64,000 nt of DNA from Eledone cirrhosa (GCA_964016885.1 OZ024740.1:387748001-387812000), one strand, 5' to 3'; positions 37,866 through 51,938 are shown, counted from the stretch's first letter. Program-made: numbers and translations. Notes: generated by a model not told the origin, from the letters alone.

Positions 37866-39987
37866 CTTGAATCTCAGTCATTGATGTTGGTTAACTGGAA
37901 AGTCCGTTGGATTGAATATCAAGCCACTACCTGCAGCCTCAGATATTCAGGACGTATCGGAGGGTTCTTGCCGTTCCAAGCAAGCATGCCTTTTGAAGCG
38001 TTCCAAAAAGCGTGAAGGGGCCGATTTTCTTTAACCATCCCTGGAAACCTTTGGAGATAGTCCCCAGTGCGCCTATGACAATCGGGATCACTTTGACTTC
38101 ATGGCAGTTCCAAATCCTTTTCACCTCCCACTTTAGGTCCTGGTATCGGTTAATTTTCTCCCTCTCCTTCTCTTGCACTCTCGTGTCGAACGGGCAGGCC
38201 ACATCCACAATCAGGCACGATCTTTTTTCTTTGTCCACAACCACCAGGTCAGGTCTATTGTGTTCCAGTTTTTTGTCCGTCTGTATCCTAAAATCCCACA
38301 GCACCTTCACCTGACTGTTCTCCATCACCGCCTCTGGCCTATGCTCATACCATTTCTCAGAATGTGGTAGATTGTTTACTTTGCACAGGTGCCAGTGGAT
38401 CACCCTGCCCATCACATCGTGTCTCCAGCCCTTATAGTGGGTCTGGGCTAGGTGTTTACACTCGGACACAATGTGAGCCACAGTCTCCTCTCTCTCTCCA
38501 CAGATCCTGCACAGTGGGCTAGCCTCCTCCTTGTAGATATGGTGCTTCAACCACTTCGTTTTGAGGGCCTGCTCCTGCGCAGCCATTAGCATTCCTTCTG
38601 TAGCCTTTTTGAGGTCTCCTCTTCTCAACCAGTTCCATGTCTGTGGATCTCTAAATTCAGTTTTCTCAAAGAAGGTACTATGAAGGGATTTTCCCTTAAG
38701 GCTGCTCTTCCTCCTTGATGTTATTTCCTCCTTGGATATCCCCTGGCCTACTGTCCCCTCCTTCAGTACAGCTCTGAGCATTGGCTCCTTACTATAGGTC
38801 ACGTATTTGTATAGGTTGTTTTTCTCCATCTGAACACAGTCCTCTATGCTGATAAGACCTCTTCCACCCTCAGATCTCCTTAGGTAGAGTCTATCGACAT
38901 CACTCCTCTTGTGGAACATGTTGTAGATAGTCAATAGCTTCCTAGTCTTCCTATCCATTTCTTTTTGTTCAGCAACATTCCATCTCAGAATTCCCGCACT
39001 GTACCTAATAATAGACACAGCTCGGGAATTTACTGCGCTTATGGCATTTCTGCTGTTCAGATGTGACTTCAATACGCTCCTTACTCTCCGAATGTATTCA
39101 GTTCTTAACAATTCCTTCATTTTTTTGTTCTTTATGCCATCAGCCTCCAGAACGCCCAAATACTTGTATCCTTCCTCAGAGTCAATTTCCTTTATCATCT
39201 CACCTGTTGGCATCTGGATCCCGTTACTTCTGCTCAACCTACCCCTCCTCATCACAATGACTCCACATTTACCAATACCAAACTGCATACATATATCACT
39301 GCTGAAAATACGGACAGTGTCAACAAGCACATCCAACTCCTTCTCACTTTTCCCGAAGAGCTTAAGATCGTCCATGAAGAGGAGGTGATTGATGGTAAGC
39401 TCTCCCCCTCCCAACTTGTATCCTGCTCTCACTTTTCGCAGCACAATGGTCAAGGGCATCAGGGCAAGGACAAACAACAGAGGGGACAGGCTATCTCCCT
39501 GGAAGATACCTCTCTTGATCTTCACGCTTCCCAAGGATACTCCAGTTGATGTCAACTCTGTCTCCCAGGACCCCATACTCCTGCCCAGCAACTGTCTGAT
39601 GTTATCCGCCACCCTGAAGATCTCCAGGCTTTTGGTGATCCAGGAATGAGGCACCATGTCAAATGCCTTTCTGTAGTCTATCCATCCCATGGCAAGATCA
39701 GTGTGTCTCCTCCTGCAATTCCCCATTACCATCTTATCAATAAGCAACTGGTCCTTTGTACCACGTGACTTCTTTCGGCATCCTTTCTGTTCGTCCGGCA
39801 ACAAGTTGTTTGTGTGGAGGTGATGGTAGATTTCCTCAGACACAATGCTCGTCAACAGTTTCCACATTACGGACAGACATGTGATAGGTCTATAGTTGGT
39901 AACATCATTACCCTTGATTCGGTCTTTCATTATCAGAACTGTGGTACCTTTTGTCAACCACTCTGGCACCTCACCCGACACCAAGCA
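37865..39987 (-). mobile_element. R4/Dong family A, 5'-truncated with uninterrupted RT-RLE ORF (D3)
   Basis: 681-aa open frame 37939-39984, nearly identical to D2. Confidence 0.95.
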
Positions 39988-40023
<36 letters not shown>

Positions 40024-40035
40024 GTTATTGTTATT

Positions 40036-40243
40036 CCTTGAATCTCAGTCATTGATGTTGGTTAACTGGAAAGTCCGTTGGATTGAATATCAAGCCACTA
40101 CCTGCAGCCTCAGATATTCAGGACGTATCGGAGGGTTCTTGCCGTTCCAAGCAAGCATGCCTTTTGAAGCGTTCCAAAAAGCGTGAAGGGGCCGATTTTC
40201 TTTAACCATCCCTGGAAACCTTTGGAGATAGTCCCCAGTGCGC
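40036..40243 (-). mobile_element. R4/Dong family A, short 3' fragment (D4)
   Basis: Matches the D3 3' end; (TAA)n on both sides. Confidence 0.92.
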
Positions 40244-40320
<77 letters not shown>

Positions 40321-40321
<1 letters not shown>

Positions 40322-42988
40322 AGTTGCATTTATCTTGCTTTATGTTCATACGAGTTATCACCAAGTCACAACCAGTGACCTCAAGAGACAACAAGGTCCG
40401 CCATGTTCAAGAAAGAACATACATACTCACACATGCATCTTTAGTGTTTAGACTTGTGATGTACTTATATTGACAGAATCTTCCTTAGTATATGGGCAGT
40501 TCCCATTAGTACTATCTTTTGTATTTCTCCTATACGCGGGTTTCCTGGGATTTCTGATAAGTAATCATTAGACCCGTTAGGTATCATTCCCAGAGCGCCT
40601 ACAACCACTGGTATTGTTTGAGTTCTCAATTCCCACATTTTTCCAATTTCTATCTCCAGGTCCTTATACTTGCTCAATTTTTCAAATGTTTTTATAGATA
40701 CATTCTTGTCTATTGGAACGGACATATCAATTAGCAGGCATACCCTCTTTTTAAAGTCCTTCAGTATTATATCAGGTCTATTTGCATCTATTTTTCGGTC
40801 TGTTTGGATGCTAAAGTTCCACAAGATTGAGATGTGATCTTTTTCAAGTATGGGAGGTGGTTGATGCTCCCACCAATTCTTTTGATGGGGCAGGTCAAAA
40901 TGCTTACACATTATCCAATGTATGTATTGTGCAGCTCTGTCATGCCTGTTTAGGTATTCGGTTGGAGCTATAGGACTGCACATTGAAATTATATGGTCAA
41001 TGGTCTGTGGTTGTTTTTTGCATACACGGCATAATGGGCTGCATCCATTTTTTATTATGTTGGCTTGGTAATTTTTTGTTGGCAGACACTGATCTTGTGC
41101 TGATATAATCAGTCCTTCAGTCTCCGATTTCAGTCCAGAGGATGCCAACCACTGATGGGTTAAAGTTTTGTCAACATCAGGATTGTTAGCTCGTTCTGGG
41201 TATTTTCCATACAGAGGCTTTTCTTGCCATTTCTTAGCCAGTTTCTGTAGCAGTTCTTTCTTTGCAGTTACTTTTACCTGCTTTGCTTTTTCTGTGTTTT
41301 CCATTTCAGCAGTAAATGGGACTTCTGGAATGTGTAGTCCATTACTGTATCTTTGTGCATCTTTTGTAATGGAACATGATCTTTTGATGCTTTCGTGTTT
41401 CAAAACGAGTTTGATCATCCAATCATGTGATTCCCTTAGATATGTAGATAATCCAATTGTTGCAGTTTTCAACGCAATGTCTAACTGGATTAACCCACGT
41501 CCTCCTTCTTTCCTAGGGAGATATATTCTATCTATATCTGCCTTAGGGTGATGCATTCTGTGCATGGTTAAGAATTTTCGAATTTTTGTATCGAGCCTAC
41601 GGATCTCTGTGCTTGACCAGTTGATGACATTGTAACTGTAGGTTACTACTGGTATGGCAAGCGTGTTTATGGCATCGATCCTATTCCTTGCATTCAATTC
41701 CGTTCTTAAGATTGCTCTTACTCTGCGGTAACATTCCTTCCTTATCCTTTCCCTCATTGTCGAGTGCTTGATTCCGTCTCCTTCACAAACACCTAGATAT
41801 TTGTAAGTTTTTTCTTGATCAAGTTCTCTTATCACATTCCCCCGATCAAGATTAATGTCTGAACTCTTCAGCAGCTTTCCTCTGGTGAACGTTGCTTTGG
41901 CGCATTTATCTAGTCCAAACTCCATTTTAATGTCATCACTGAAGTGCTCCACAGTGGATAATAGCCCTTGCAATTGTTCATCATTTTTTGCAAATAGTTT
42001 CAGGTCATCCATGTAGAACAAGTGATTAATGGTTTTGTCATAGACTTTATATCCATGTTTTGTTTAATTGAGCATTTTACTTAATGGTATAAGTGCGATG
42101 CAGAATAAAAGCGGTGATAAAGAGTCACCCTGAAAAATTCCACAATTAATATTAACTTCTCCAGCTTCCAGTGATTTTGTTTCACTATTCAAAAGGAGTG
42201 TCGTTTTCCATGTCTTCATACTGAATGACAAAAACCTCCTGACAACGGGGGATATTTTGAAAATCTCTAAACATTTTTCAATCCAACTGTGGCAAACTAT
42301 CGAATGCTTTTTATAATCTATCCAAGCAATTGATAGATTTTTGTGTCTATTATGACAATCTTCCAGTATCATTTTGTTAACCAAAAGCTGATCCTTACAG
42401 CCATATGAGCCTCGTTTACACCCTTTCTGCTCAATGGAAAATAGGTCATTTGTTATCAGGTGGTCATATGTATATTCAGTTAGGACTGATGTTAAAATTT
42501 TATACATTGTGGTCAAGCAAGTTATCGGTCTGTAATTTTTGGGATTGTTTGTCTCATCATTCTTCGGAAGCAGGAATGTAATGATGGTATCTTTTCTGGC
42601 TCCTTAACTATTTCATTGTAAAGTTGGGCTAACAGCTCGTGAGACTCTGTGAAGGCATTTATCCAAAAATTTTGTATTTTGTCTTTTCCTGGGGATTTCC
42701 ATTTGCTGGTTTTTCTTAGAGCCAAGCGCAACTGTTCAACTGTTATATTTTCCCATATTTGTTCTTCAATGTGAGCTGTATCTTTCATTTGTCTGTCTAT
42801 CCATGGGGCATGTATGTTATGAACTTTTTCTTCGGCCCAGATCTTTTCCCAGAATTCTTGCACTTCCTCCTTGGGTGGTATTGATTTAGCAGTTATTGTT
42901 GACTTACCAATTTTTCTGTAGAAGTTTCTTTGGTTGTTTTTGAACATATTATTGTCCTTATAGAATCTAGATCGTTTTTCAAAGCGCC
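40321..42988 (-). mobile_element. R4/Dong-clade family B, 5'-truncated (D5)
   Basis: Divergent RT-RLE (FYMDD, NRHDRAA, ANRPDIIL, KLSKYKDL), different 3' UTR, frameshifts; (TAA)n on both sides. Confidence 0.93.
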
Positions 42989-43059
<71 letters not shown>

Positions 43060-43065
43060 ATTGTT

Positions 43066-43539
43066 CTTTGAATCTCAGTCATTGATGTTATTTAACTGGA
43101 AAGTTTGTTGAAATGAATATCAAGCCGCTACCTGCAGCCTCAGATATTCAGGACGTATCGGAGGGTTCTTGCTGTTCCCAGCAAGCATGCCTTTTGAAGT
43201 GTTCCAAAAAAGCGGGGCTGGACTAATCTTCTTTGATCATCCTTGGAAACTCTTTGAGATAGTACCTAGTGCGCCTATGACAATCGGGACAACCTTGATT
43301 TCATGGCAGTTCCAAATCCTTTTTAACTCCCACTTTAAGTCGTGGTATCGGTTAATTTTCTCCCTCTCCTTTTCTTGCACTCTCGTGTCAAATGGGCAAG
43401 CTACATCTACAATCAGGCACGATCTTTTTTCCTTGTCCAAAACCACCAGGTCAGGCCTATTGTGTTCTAATTTCTTGTCCGTCTGTATCCTAAAATCCCA
43501 TAGCACCTTCACCTGATCGTTTTCTATCACCGACTCTGG
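43066..43539 (-). mobile_element. R4/Dong family A variant, 3' fragment (D6)
   Basis: RLE C-terminus more diverged than D1-D4. Confidence 0.9.
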
Positions 43540-43552
43540 GTTTATAATTATA

Positions 43553-43609
<57 letters not shown>

Positions 43610-45982
43610 GGCGACCTACGTAGTAAATCGTATCATCGTGAGCTCCGCAAAGGTTTGTTATTTCCGTTTGTTAAAAATTGCCATTTATGGAAAATTTTTA
43701 TTGTTAACTATATATAAGCGCACATACATTGTTTTCCGAAAAGGACACCCAAAAAGATTGGGGCCTTGTGCCCAAAATTTAAACTTTTATGATTATCAAA
43801 AAATTCTTTGAAAAAAAAATGGCTAATTCACCACTGCACCAAGCAGCTGAAAGCCTTTCTCACAAATTAACACCTCACACCGACACCACCATTGTAAATG
43901 ATACTACGTCTGCCAACACTAGCAATATTTTAAATTTGTCTCAGGCAGACATTCATTTCCCGCCATTACCAATGATTGCAGGTGTTAAAGCCGCCACCAA
44001 CACCACCACCGCGACAACCCCCACCCCCACCACCACCGCGACAACAGAAACAAAAGGAAAAAATAAATCAACTCGTGATGTCGAAATATTTTCAACCAAA
44101 ATGGACTCTCCCAAACCGAACTTCACTGACATCACCACCACCACAACTGAAACTAAAATTAATAATAACAAAAATAACGATAGCAACAACAACAACAACA
44201 ACAATGACATTAAAAAAACCACCCTGAGTTTTGCCAGAGTAGCAAAACAGTGCGAAGCATATACGGTAACTCAGGAGGAATTAGAAAATGCCAAACAAAT
44301 CGTAAAGAAAGATGGGTACAGGGTCAGCCTCACCCCCCCCCCACACACCTAATAAAATGGAGCATCGGCGCCTATGCACCGTGTCGTATCGAACAATAAA
44401 TGTAAAATCGCGCCGAGTGGAACGGGCATCCGAGTCCCAAATCCAAAAAAGCTTTGGGACATGTGTGGGCAAGAAAAACCCACATCAGACGTGGGCAGAA
44501 GTATGGAACCGTGGACGTGTTCTTTGAAACACCAGAGGAGGCTAGAGAACACTCCATGGCCCCATTAAGAAGTGACGACTTCACACTCGTCCCAAGCTAT
44601 TGTGGCCAGAGACTCGTAAAGATCAGGGTGACCCACGTTCCACCGGCCATCGAAATTCCCTGGCTAATAGCGGCCGTCCTCGCCGGCATCGAAGCCAACA
44701 CAAAGATAATAGCAATAGCAAAAGAAAAGCAGGAGAACTGGTCCGGATCTGGGATGGAGCTCCTGATCCAAGCGGACCAAAAAAGCATTGAGGAGATCCC
44801 AGAGGTAATAGACCTCACTGACGGCAGCCACCTCACCGTAATTGTCGAGGGCAGAAGACCTAGGTGTGTCATTTGTGGTGAAGGAACCCACCTAAGGGCT
44901 TTCTGCCCTCAGGCTAAAAGGTTGAGGCCACCTCTCCTACCCACCCCAGTGACACAACCATCAACACCACCAATAGCAGCTCGTTTCCTTGACGGAGCTG
45001 CAGTCCTGGGTCAAGCGAAGACCGAGAGGGAGCGCTTGGAGACTGGAATGTCTTCAGGCGCTCACAGCCCTCGACCAATCGAGCAATGTGATCGGTGGAA
45101 ACTCCACCTAGGCGTTCTATAGGGGATTAGTGGAGGGTAAGAGCGACGACGTACTTGGAGAAACTCTAGGCGTCGACGAAAATCAACTAGCCAATCTTTT
45201 CGGAAGGACTTTCGGGCTGGGGCCTATGGACAATTTCCAGAAATCCCTGGCCTGGCAGTGCTACCGGGGTGCTTTGCCAGTTCGGGATAAACTCTACAGG
45301 CATAGAGGTGCCGTTAGCCGGGCATGTCCGAGATGCGCACAGGGCGACGAAACCGTCCTGCACGCACTCGTCCAGTGTCCGAGCATTGCTGACTTGTGGG
45401 TTTATGTCGAACACCTGCTGTCACGTGTAGGACGGATCCAGCTATCAGCTGAGTCCATCATGAGGATTGCCCCGCCCTCTTCCTTTAGCCGGGAAGGGCA
45501 GGCAGTTTTTATCTGTCTGGTGGCCATGGCGAAAGAGATAGTATGGTGGACACGTTTGAAAGGGCTGAAGACGAGCACTTACCTCTTCGGTGATGCCCTG
45601 ATTAACTTTTTCAAATTTCATTTGAAAAGGAAAATCAGGGTAGAGAGGGAAGTGCTCTCTTCCCAACATTTTGTTGAAAGATGGGTGAGAGAAGCAAGTA
45701 TGGCCCGAATGAATGGGCCTTCTCTGAGTATGTGTCTTTAAATTAAAGGTGGAAAACTGGGAGAGGGCACTTGCCCTGGTGGTCAGGGTCACTGTGGTCT
45801 TTTAATGGGCTTTCTCCACAAATGTCCCTCGGAAGTCTCCCCCCTATTGGGGAATTTTTCTTTGTTATTTTATTACATCCTCTGTTTTTTACACGCAGAA
45901 ATGCCCATTTGTACCGTCCTGTATTGTCCTGTACTGTCCTTAATGTCTACTTTATGTAAACCCTTGTGGTTAATAAAGAAAA

Positions 45983-45983
<1 letters not shown>
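43610..45983 (+). mobile_element. Tx1-clade element with ORF1 joined directly to the ORF2 3' end (T3)
   Basis: ORF1 with CVICGEGTHLRAFC knuckle; from 44977 the sequence matches T5 from 57647 onward. Confidence 0.9.
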
Positions 45984-46030
<47 letters not shown>

Positions 46031-46255
46031 GGCCGCACATGTGTGAAGACAGACAAGTCTGCGGGGGAAAAGGTTCGTAGCTTTCAGCTGTTTTAAAGTG
46101 TCTTTTTTTTGTATTTTCTTGTCATTAACGAAACTTAAGGTACACATCTTGATTTAAAGAGAGGGATACCTCTCAATATTCGGGCTTTAAGCCCGAATAT
46201 TCAGATTTATTTTTAAAATCTTCGAAAAAAATCGCTTCCCCACCAAAAGAAAACT

Positions 46256-48231
46256 ATGGAAATTTTCGACCTTGAAACGGTAAACAACGTTCAGGTCAAA
46301 AGTTTAAAGGCAGCCACTGCAGATTTCACCACGACTACGACGGCTACAGTCATGCCTGTCATCCACTCTACTGAATGTGAAGGCAAAACTAAAAAGCTAC
46401 CATCACAACCTTCTGTGATAGCAGCAGTATCATCTGAAAACGACATCACCACCACCGCCACCACCACCACCACCACAACAACAACAACTCAGAGCAATAA
46501 CGACAAAAACACCGACAGCTTCAATGTAAACAAGGATGGCGGTGGCAACAGCAAGAATGACAACAACAACAATAAGAGCATCAGAAACACCACATTTGCT
46601 GCAGCAGCAGCAGCAAAAACAAAGCGCTTATTGAATATCGATATTGATATTAGCGATAAAGACGAACAGTTGGCCAAAGCGTGGAGGCTAATTAAACGGG
46701 AGAAGTCCTGGGCAAACCTGACCATCCCGGACGAGGCAATAGCGGCCATGCAAAGGAGGACGGTGCTCTTTCGATGTATTTCGGTGCAGACACGAAAAGT
46801 GGAACTTGCGAGCCAAGCAGAGGTAGAGGCTGCTTTGGAGTACATCGGAAGTAACATAGAGTACAAAGCAAGAGGCAAACAGTTCGGTACCATCTCGGTA
46901 CTGTTCAAATCCGAGGCCCTCGCTATTAAGCACTCGGTGATCCCCTGCAGAACGGAACGCATTATCATGCATCCGTCCTATATGGGTAAAAGGACAGTGA
47001 AGGTACGCATTCCCAGCATCCTACCAGGAATGAACATATGGTGGCTGCTGGGATGCGTAATCGAGGAGGGGACAGACACCACCCTCCTGGACATCAAAAG
47101 GACAGAGAGAGAAGACTGGTCCGGAATGGATTTGGAGATTCTTCTCCAAATGAAACCGGAGGATATAAATAACATCCCAGATTTTGCCCGCCTGCAGGAC
47201 GGGACAACAATCCAACTAATGATTGACGGAAGAAGGCCACGCTGCTTCGTTTGCGGGGAAGCCACGCATCTTCAAGCCTTCTGCCCTCAGCGCAAAAATG
47301 CAGGGGGTCGCAAACCTCCTTTGTTGCCAACGCCAGTGTCAGCACGGAAAGCTGCACCACCACCACCACCAAAAACAACATCAACAAAACACGGACACCA
47401 ACATCAAAAGCAGCCGGATCACCACCAACACCAAAACCAATCCAAGGAGAAAACGAGGAAAGCTCTCCCACTCCCCCTACCCCCCAACTATATACATAGA
47501 AAAAAAAAATAAACGCACACACAGACACAGAGACACTCACAGACACAGACCCTTTGTCTTCCAGCAGCGAAGATGAAGGAAAACCCAAAAGTGCAAAAAA
47601 ACAGAGAAAACTCACAAAAAAAAAAAAGCCCCTACAAAACACAAAAACACACACAACAAAAAATACAGTCACCACTAACGCAGACACTTCCCCAATAACA
47701 TCAGCACCATCAGCAACATCGACACCACCACCACAATTCCCGAAACGCAAACAACCTAAACAAACACAAGTACAAATAAACACACAAATACCTGAAATTG
47801 CAGACACCACACCTACAACAAACATAGACATACCCGAAACAACACCACCAAAACCATCGCCACCACCTTCACCAAAACGAAAACAAATAAAACCACACCA
47901 ACAAAATGTTAAAAACTTCGTGCTTGTCAGAAGGGCCAACGATAAACTGATGGCCCTCTTAGCGCGAAGCGAGGACATTCAAACAGAGGGGGAGATTTTT
48001 GAAATGAGCACATTTTGCGTGCCAGAAGATTTGCTTCTGGTCCGAATGTCACTCAATTCCTTTAAAGAAATTCGAGAGAGCTTTCCTCAAGACGTGGGAA
48101 ACCCGAATGTGAAACCCACATCAAGACTTTTAAAGGGGTTCCCAAAAGAAACCCCACCAACCATGGAGGTCGAACCACCCAACCTTCACAAGACCCGGGA
48201 GGTAAGTAAACCTTCCCTCTCTCTCTCTTAG
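46256..48231 (+). pseudogene. Tx1 ORF1p (gag-like, CCHC knuckle)
   Basis: RPRCFVCGEATHLQAFC, Thr/Pro/Lys-rich linker; frameshift separating ORFs 46256-47512 and 47554-48231. Confidence 0.8.
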
Positions 48232-48240
48232 CTTACCAAT

Positions 48241-51200
48241 ATGGCCATATTAAGAGTAGGAAATTTAAATGTTCGCGGCCTGGGGTCACCCTGGAAGCAG
48301 GGTCGCCTGCTCAACGACCTCCGGTCGCTGGAAATGGATGTGATTGCCGTAAGCGAGACCAGAATTTCCGACACGCGTGCACTAGCCCCCATTTTCGACG
48401 ACTATCAGATCTTCGCATCTGTTAGCAAGCCGGGAATGGGGGGTGGGGTGGCAGTGCTGTTTAGGAAAGGACTGGAACTCGAGGTAAGGTCGATCTTCCG
48501 GGACCCGGACGGTAAGTTGGTGGTCTTGGATGTGAGCAGTAGCGAAGGTGGTGCCTTTAGACTGCTGGCCGCCTACGCCCCTACAGGGGCCGGACGACCT
48601 GACTTCTTTAGGCGCCTGGAGACCTTTCTGGATACGTCTCGCCCTTTACTGTTAGCGGGGGACTGGAATGGCATCTTAGACGCACGCTGGGATTGTGTGG
48701 GAGTAGCCGATAGGAGCGGGGGGTGCAAAAGCCTCAAGCACCTACTCAGCCAGTTCCAACTGTCTGACAGGTATCGACTAGATTTCCCCAATGTGCCAGT
48801 ATGGACATGGACCAACCGAATGGGGTCATCTAGATCGTATATAGACAGAATCTTCATTAGGAAAATAGATAGAAATAGTGTGGGCTGTCCACTTTTTAAA
48901 ACGGTCGCCTATTAAGATCACAAATTTGTGATCTGTGTGGTCGACCTAAATAAAACGCGTAGGTTAGGACCGGGTTACTGGAAGCTGAACATGTCATTTC
49001 CGGCACGTAAGGCTTACAGGGACCGAGTCAATAAGTTAGTTAAGCAAAAGTTGACAGGGGGGATCATCAACAACAGATGGTGGGGGGCTCTCAACAGAGA
49101 GATTAGAGTAACTTCGATAGAGTTCAGCAAAGAACTAGCGTTAGAGAAAAATAGAAAGGAGGGGAGCTGGTAGATAAGTTAGACGAGGCTATTTGTAGTG
49201 GCATCGCAACTGACGTGCTAGCAGCGAGAATGGCATTAGACCATTTCTTCAATGCCAAACACGAAGGTTGCATTGTCAGAGCTAAGGCGCGTGCGCTGAG
49301 AAACGAGGGAACTAAAGCTGTTCGATGGGCCCGCGTGGCGGAGGCGCAGCGTGGTAATAAAACCACAATTCGGTCTTTGGCGGACCGAGACGGACACGAG
49401 ATAAGCGATTCCAAGCGGATGTGTGAGGCCTTTCGCCAGCACTTTGCTCGGTTGTTCAGGGAGAGTGGCGAGTTAGAGAGAGTAGCGGATTTCAGTCCCT
49501 ACCTTGACGGTTTGCCGCGCATCTCGACGGTCGACGCTGAACGCTGCGAAAGGCCGATTACTTCAGCCGAAATTCAGGACGCCCTTGTCGGCTGCATGAG
49601 GCGCAAGTCACCCGGCTTGGATGTCCTGCCCTACGAGCTTTACGTAAATATGCCAGACTTGTTCTCCGAACTCCTCGAAGCACTCTACTGCAACTGGCAG
49701 CAGAATGGGAGTATTCCCAGTTCTGTGAGCAGGGGAGTGGTGACGCTGATAAGGAAAGACGAGAACAAGAGGGATACATTAGACAACTTCAGGCCCATAA
49801 CTCTGCTCAACACAGAGTTTAAGATTTTGGCCAAGGTGTTAGCAAAGAGATTGGCGCTTGTCGTCGAGGATTTGGTTGGGGAGGCGCAAACTTGCGCAAT
49901 CCCAGCCAGGTCCATACACGACAATCTCCACCTCATGCGATACATCATAGAGAGGGTAGGGTGTAAACCTGGCTTCGGTGGGGCACTGATCAATTTAGAT
50001 CAATCGAAAGCATTCGATAGGGTCGACCATCGGTATCTGGAGTTTATCCTCAAAGCAGCTGGCTTCGGCCCTGTCTTTAGAAGCTGGATCGTTGCAATGC
50101 ACAGCGGCACACGCTCGGTGGTCAAGGTTAATGGCCACCTCTCGGAACCATTTCGGCTCTCCCGATCGGTCCGTCAAGGGTGCCCTCTCTCTTCCCTTCT
50201 GTACGTATTGACTCTCGAGCCTTTACTGCGGAAGCTGGAGCTGTTGCAGGGCATCCCGCTCGAACCGGGACGTGGAAAGGCGGTGTCGGCTTATGCGGAC
50301 GACATCACCGTGATGGTGTCGAACACCTCAGAAATCGAGGTGGTCGGCACCTTATTGAAGGAATATGAAAGGTTGACAGGAGCCAAACTTAACCCGGAAA
50401 AGTCGGTGGGCTTGCAGCTCGGAACCTGGAGAGGCAAGCCCATGCCGTCCAACAGCGACGTGGGGCGCTGGACGGACGGACCAGTAAAGTTGCTCGGGGT
50501 TTGGTTCGGACCAGACCTCCAGGTGGAAAAGAATTGGGACGACGTAACGAGCAGAGTAGCCAGTCTCACCCAAAAATGGGCTGGTAGGAAGCTATCACTG
50601 AAAGGTCGCGCGGAGGTGGCGAATGCGTACATCGCGTCCGTCATCTATTACCGCCTAACCGTCGTGCCTTGCCCCCGTCCGCGCCTCGTCAAGTTGGAAC
50701 GGCTCCTCTTCAAATTCTTGTGGAGGGGACAAGTTCCGTTGGTGAGGCGGTCCATCTGCTGCCAGCACCCTCTACGCGGAGGGCTGGGCATGCCGTGGCT
50801 AATGATGCGCAGACATGCGTTGAGGCTGCGACATCTCCAGATATTCTGCCTCAATGGTGAACAGGTGTGGTCGCCGTTTATCAGACGGGCCTTTGCGCAG
50901 CTCATTTCTTTGACTGAGCTGCAGTCCTGGGTCAAGAAGAGACCGAGACTGGGTGACTGGCACCTGGAATGTTGCCAGGCACTCACTGCCCTCTACCAAG
51001 CGGGCAATGCGATCAGTGGAACTTCCACTCTCGAGTTCTATAGAGGATTAGTGGTGGGCAAGTGCGATGACGCACTCGGAGAAGCTTTGGGCCTCGACGA
51101 AGTCGAACTGACCAGTCTGTACCGGAGGACTTTTGAGCCGGGGACGATGGACAATTTCCAGAAATCCCTCGCTTGGCAGTGCTACCGGGGGGCACTGCCG

Positions 51201-51662
51201 GTTCGGGATAAACTCTACAGGCACGGAAGTGCTGTCAGACGGACCTGCCCAAGATGCGCACAGAACGACGAAACCGTTCTGCACGCACTTGTCCAATGTC
51301 CGTGCATTACTGACTTGTGGAGTTATGTCGAACAGCTACTGTCGCGTGTGGAACGAATGCGGCTATCGGCCGAGTCCATAGTGAAGATCGAGCCGCCACC
51401 TTCCTTAGGTGAGGAAGAGCAGGACATTTTCCTCTGTCTGGTGGCAGTTGCGAAAGAGATTATATGGTGGACCAGGTTGAAAGGACTAAAGACAGACACT
51501 TTTCTCTTCGGCCAATCCCTCATCAACTTCTTCAAGTTTCACCTGGAAAGGAGGGTGAGGGTGGAGAGAGAAGTGCTGCCCCCCACTACATTTGCTAAAA
51601 GGTGGGTGAATGTGGCGAGAATGGCTCGTGTGAATGGGCCTACTCTGACCATGCGCCTATAG
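48241..51662 (+). pseudogene. Tx1 ORF2p (APE endonuclease, RT, zf-RVT)
   Basis: NLNVRGL, VSETR, YAP, AGDWN, SYIDRI and DH motifs; RT YADD; stop at 48913-48915 and frameshift near 49160. Confidence 0.92.
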
Positions 51663-51938
51663 GCTGGCTAACTTGAGGAGAGGGGTGCTCTCCTGGGTGC
51701 CCTAGAAGCGCAGGGTAGTTCAGGATTGGTGGGGTACCCGAATCACCCCAGGGTCATCCACCCCCTATCGGGGAATTTATTTTGTTCTATTTATGCATAG
51801 TTTATTTTATATTTTTATATTTTCATTGTTAAATTAGTCTTGCGATTGTGCACTTTTACTCGACCTTATTGTAAACCCCCACTGTCCCTGTCTTTGTATT
51901 GTCCCCTACATGTCGGCCCTTGTGGCTAATAAATGAAA

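Noticed and set aside
47094-47978. 294-aa minus-strand ORF and similar antisense ORFs over LINEs
   Set aside because: Shadow frames of A/C-rich ORF1 or RT sequence with no independent motifs.
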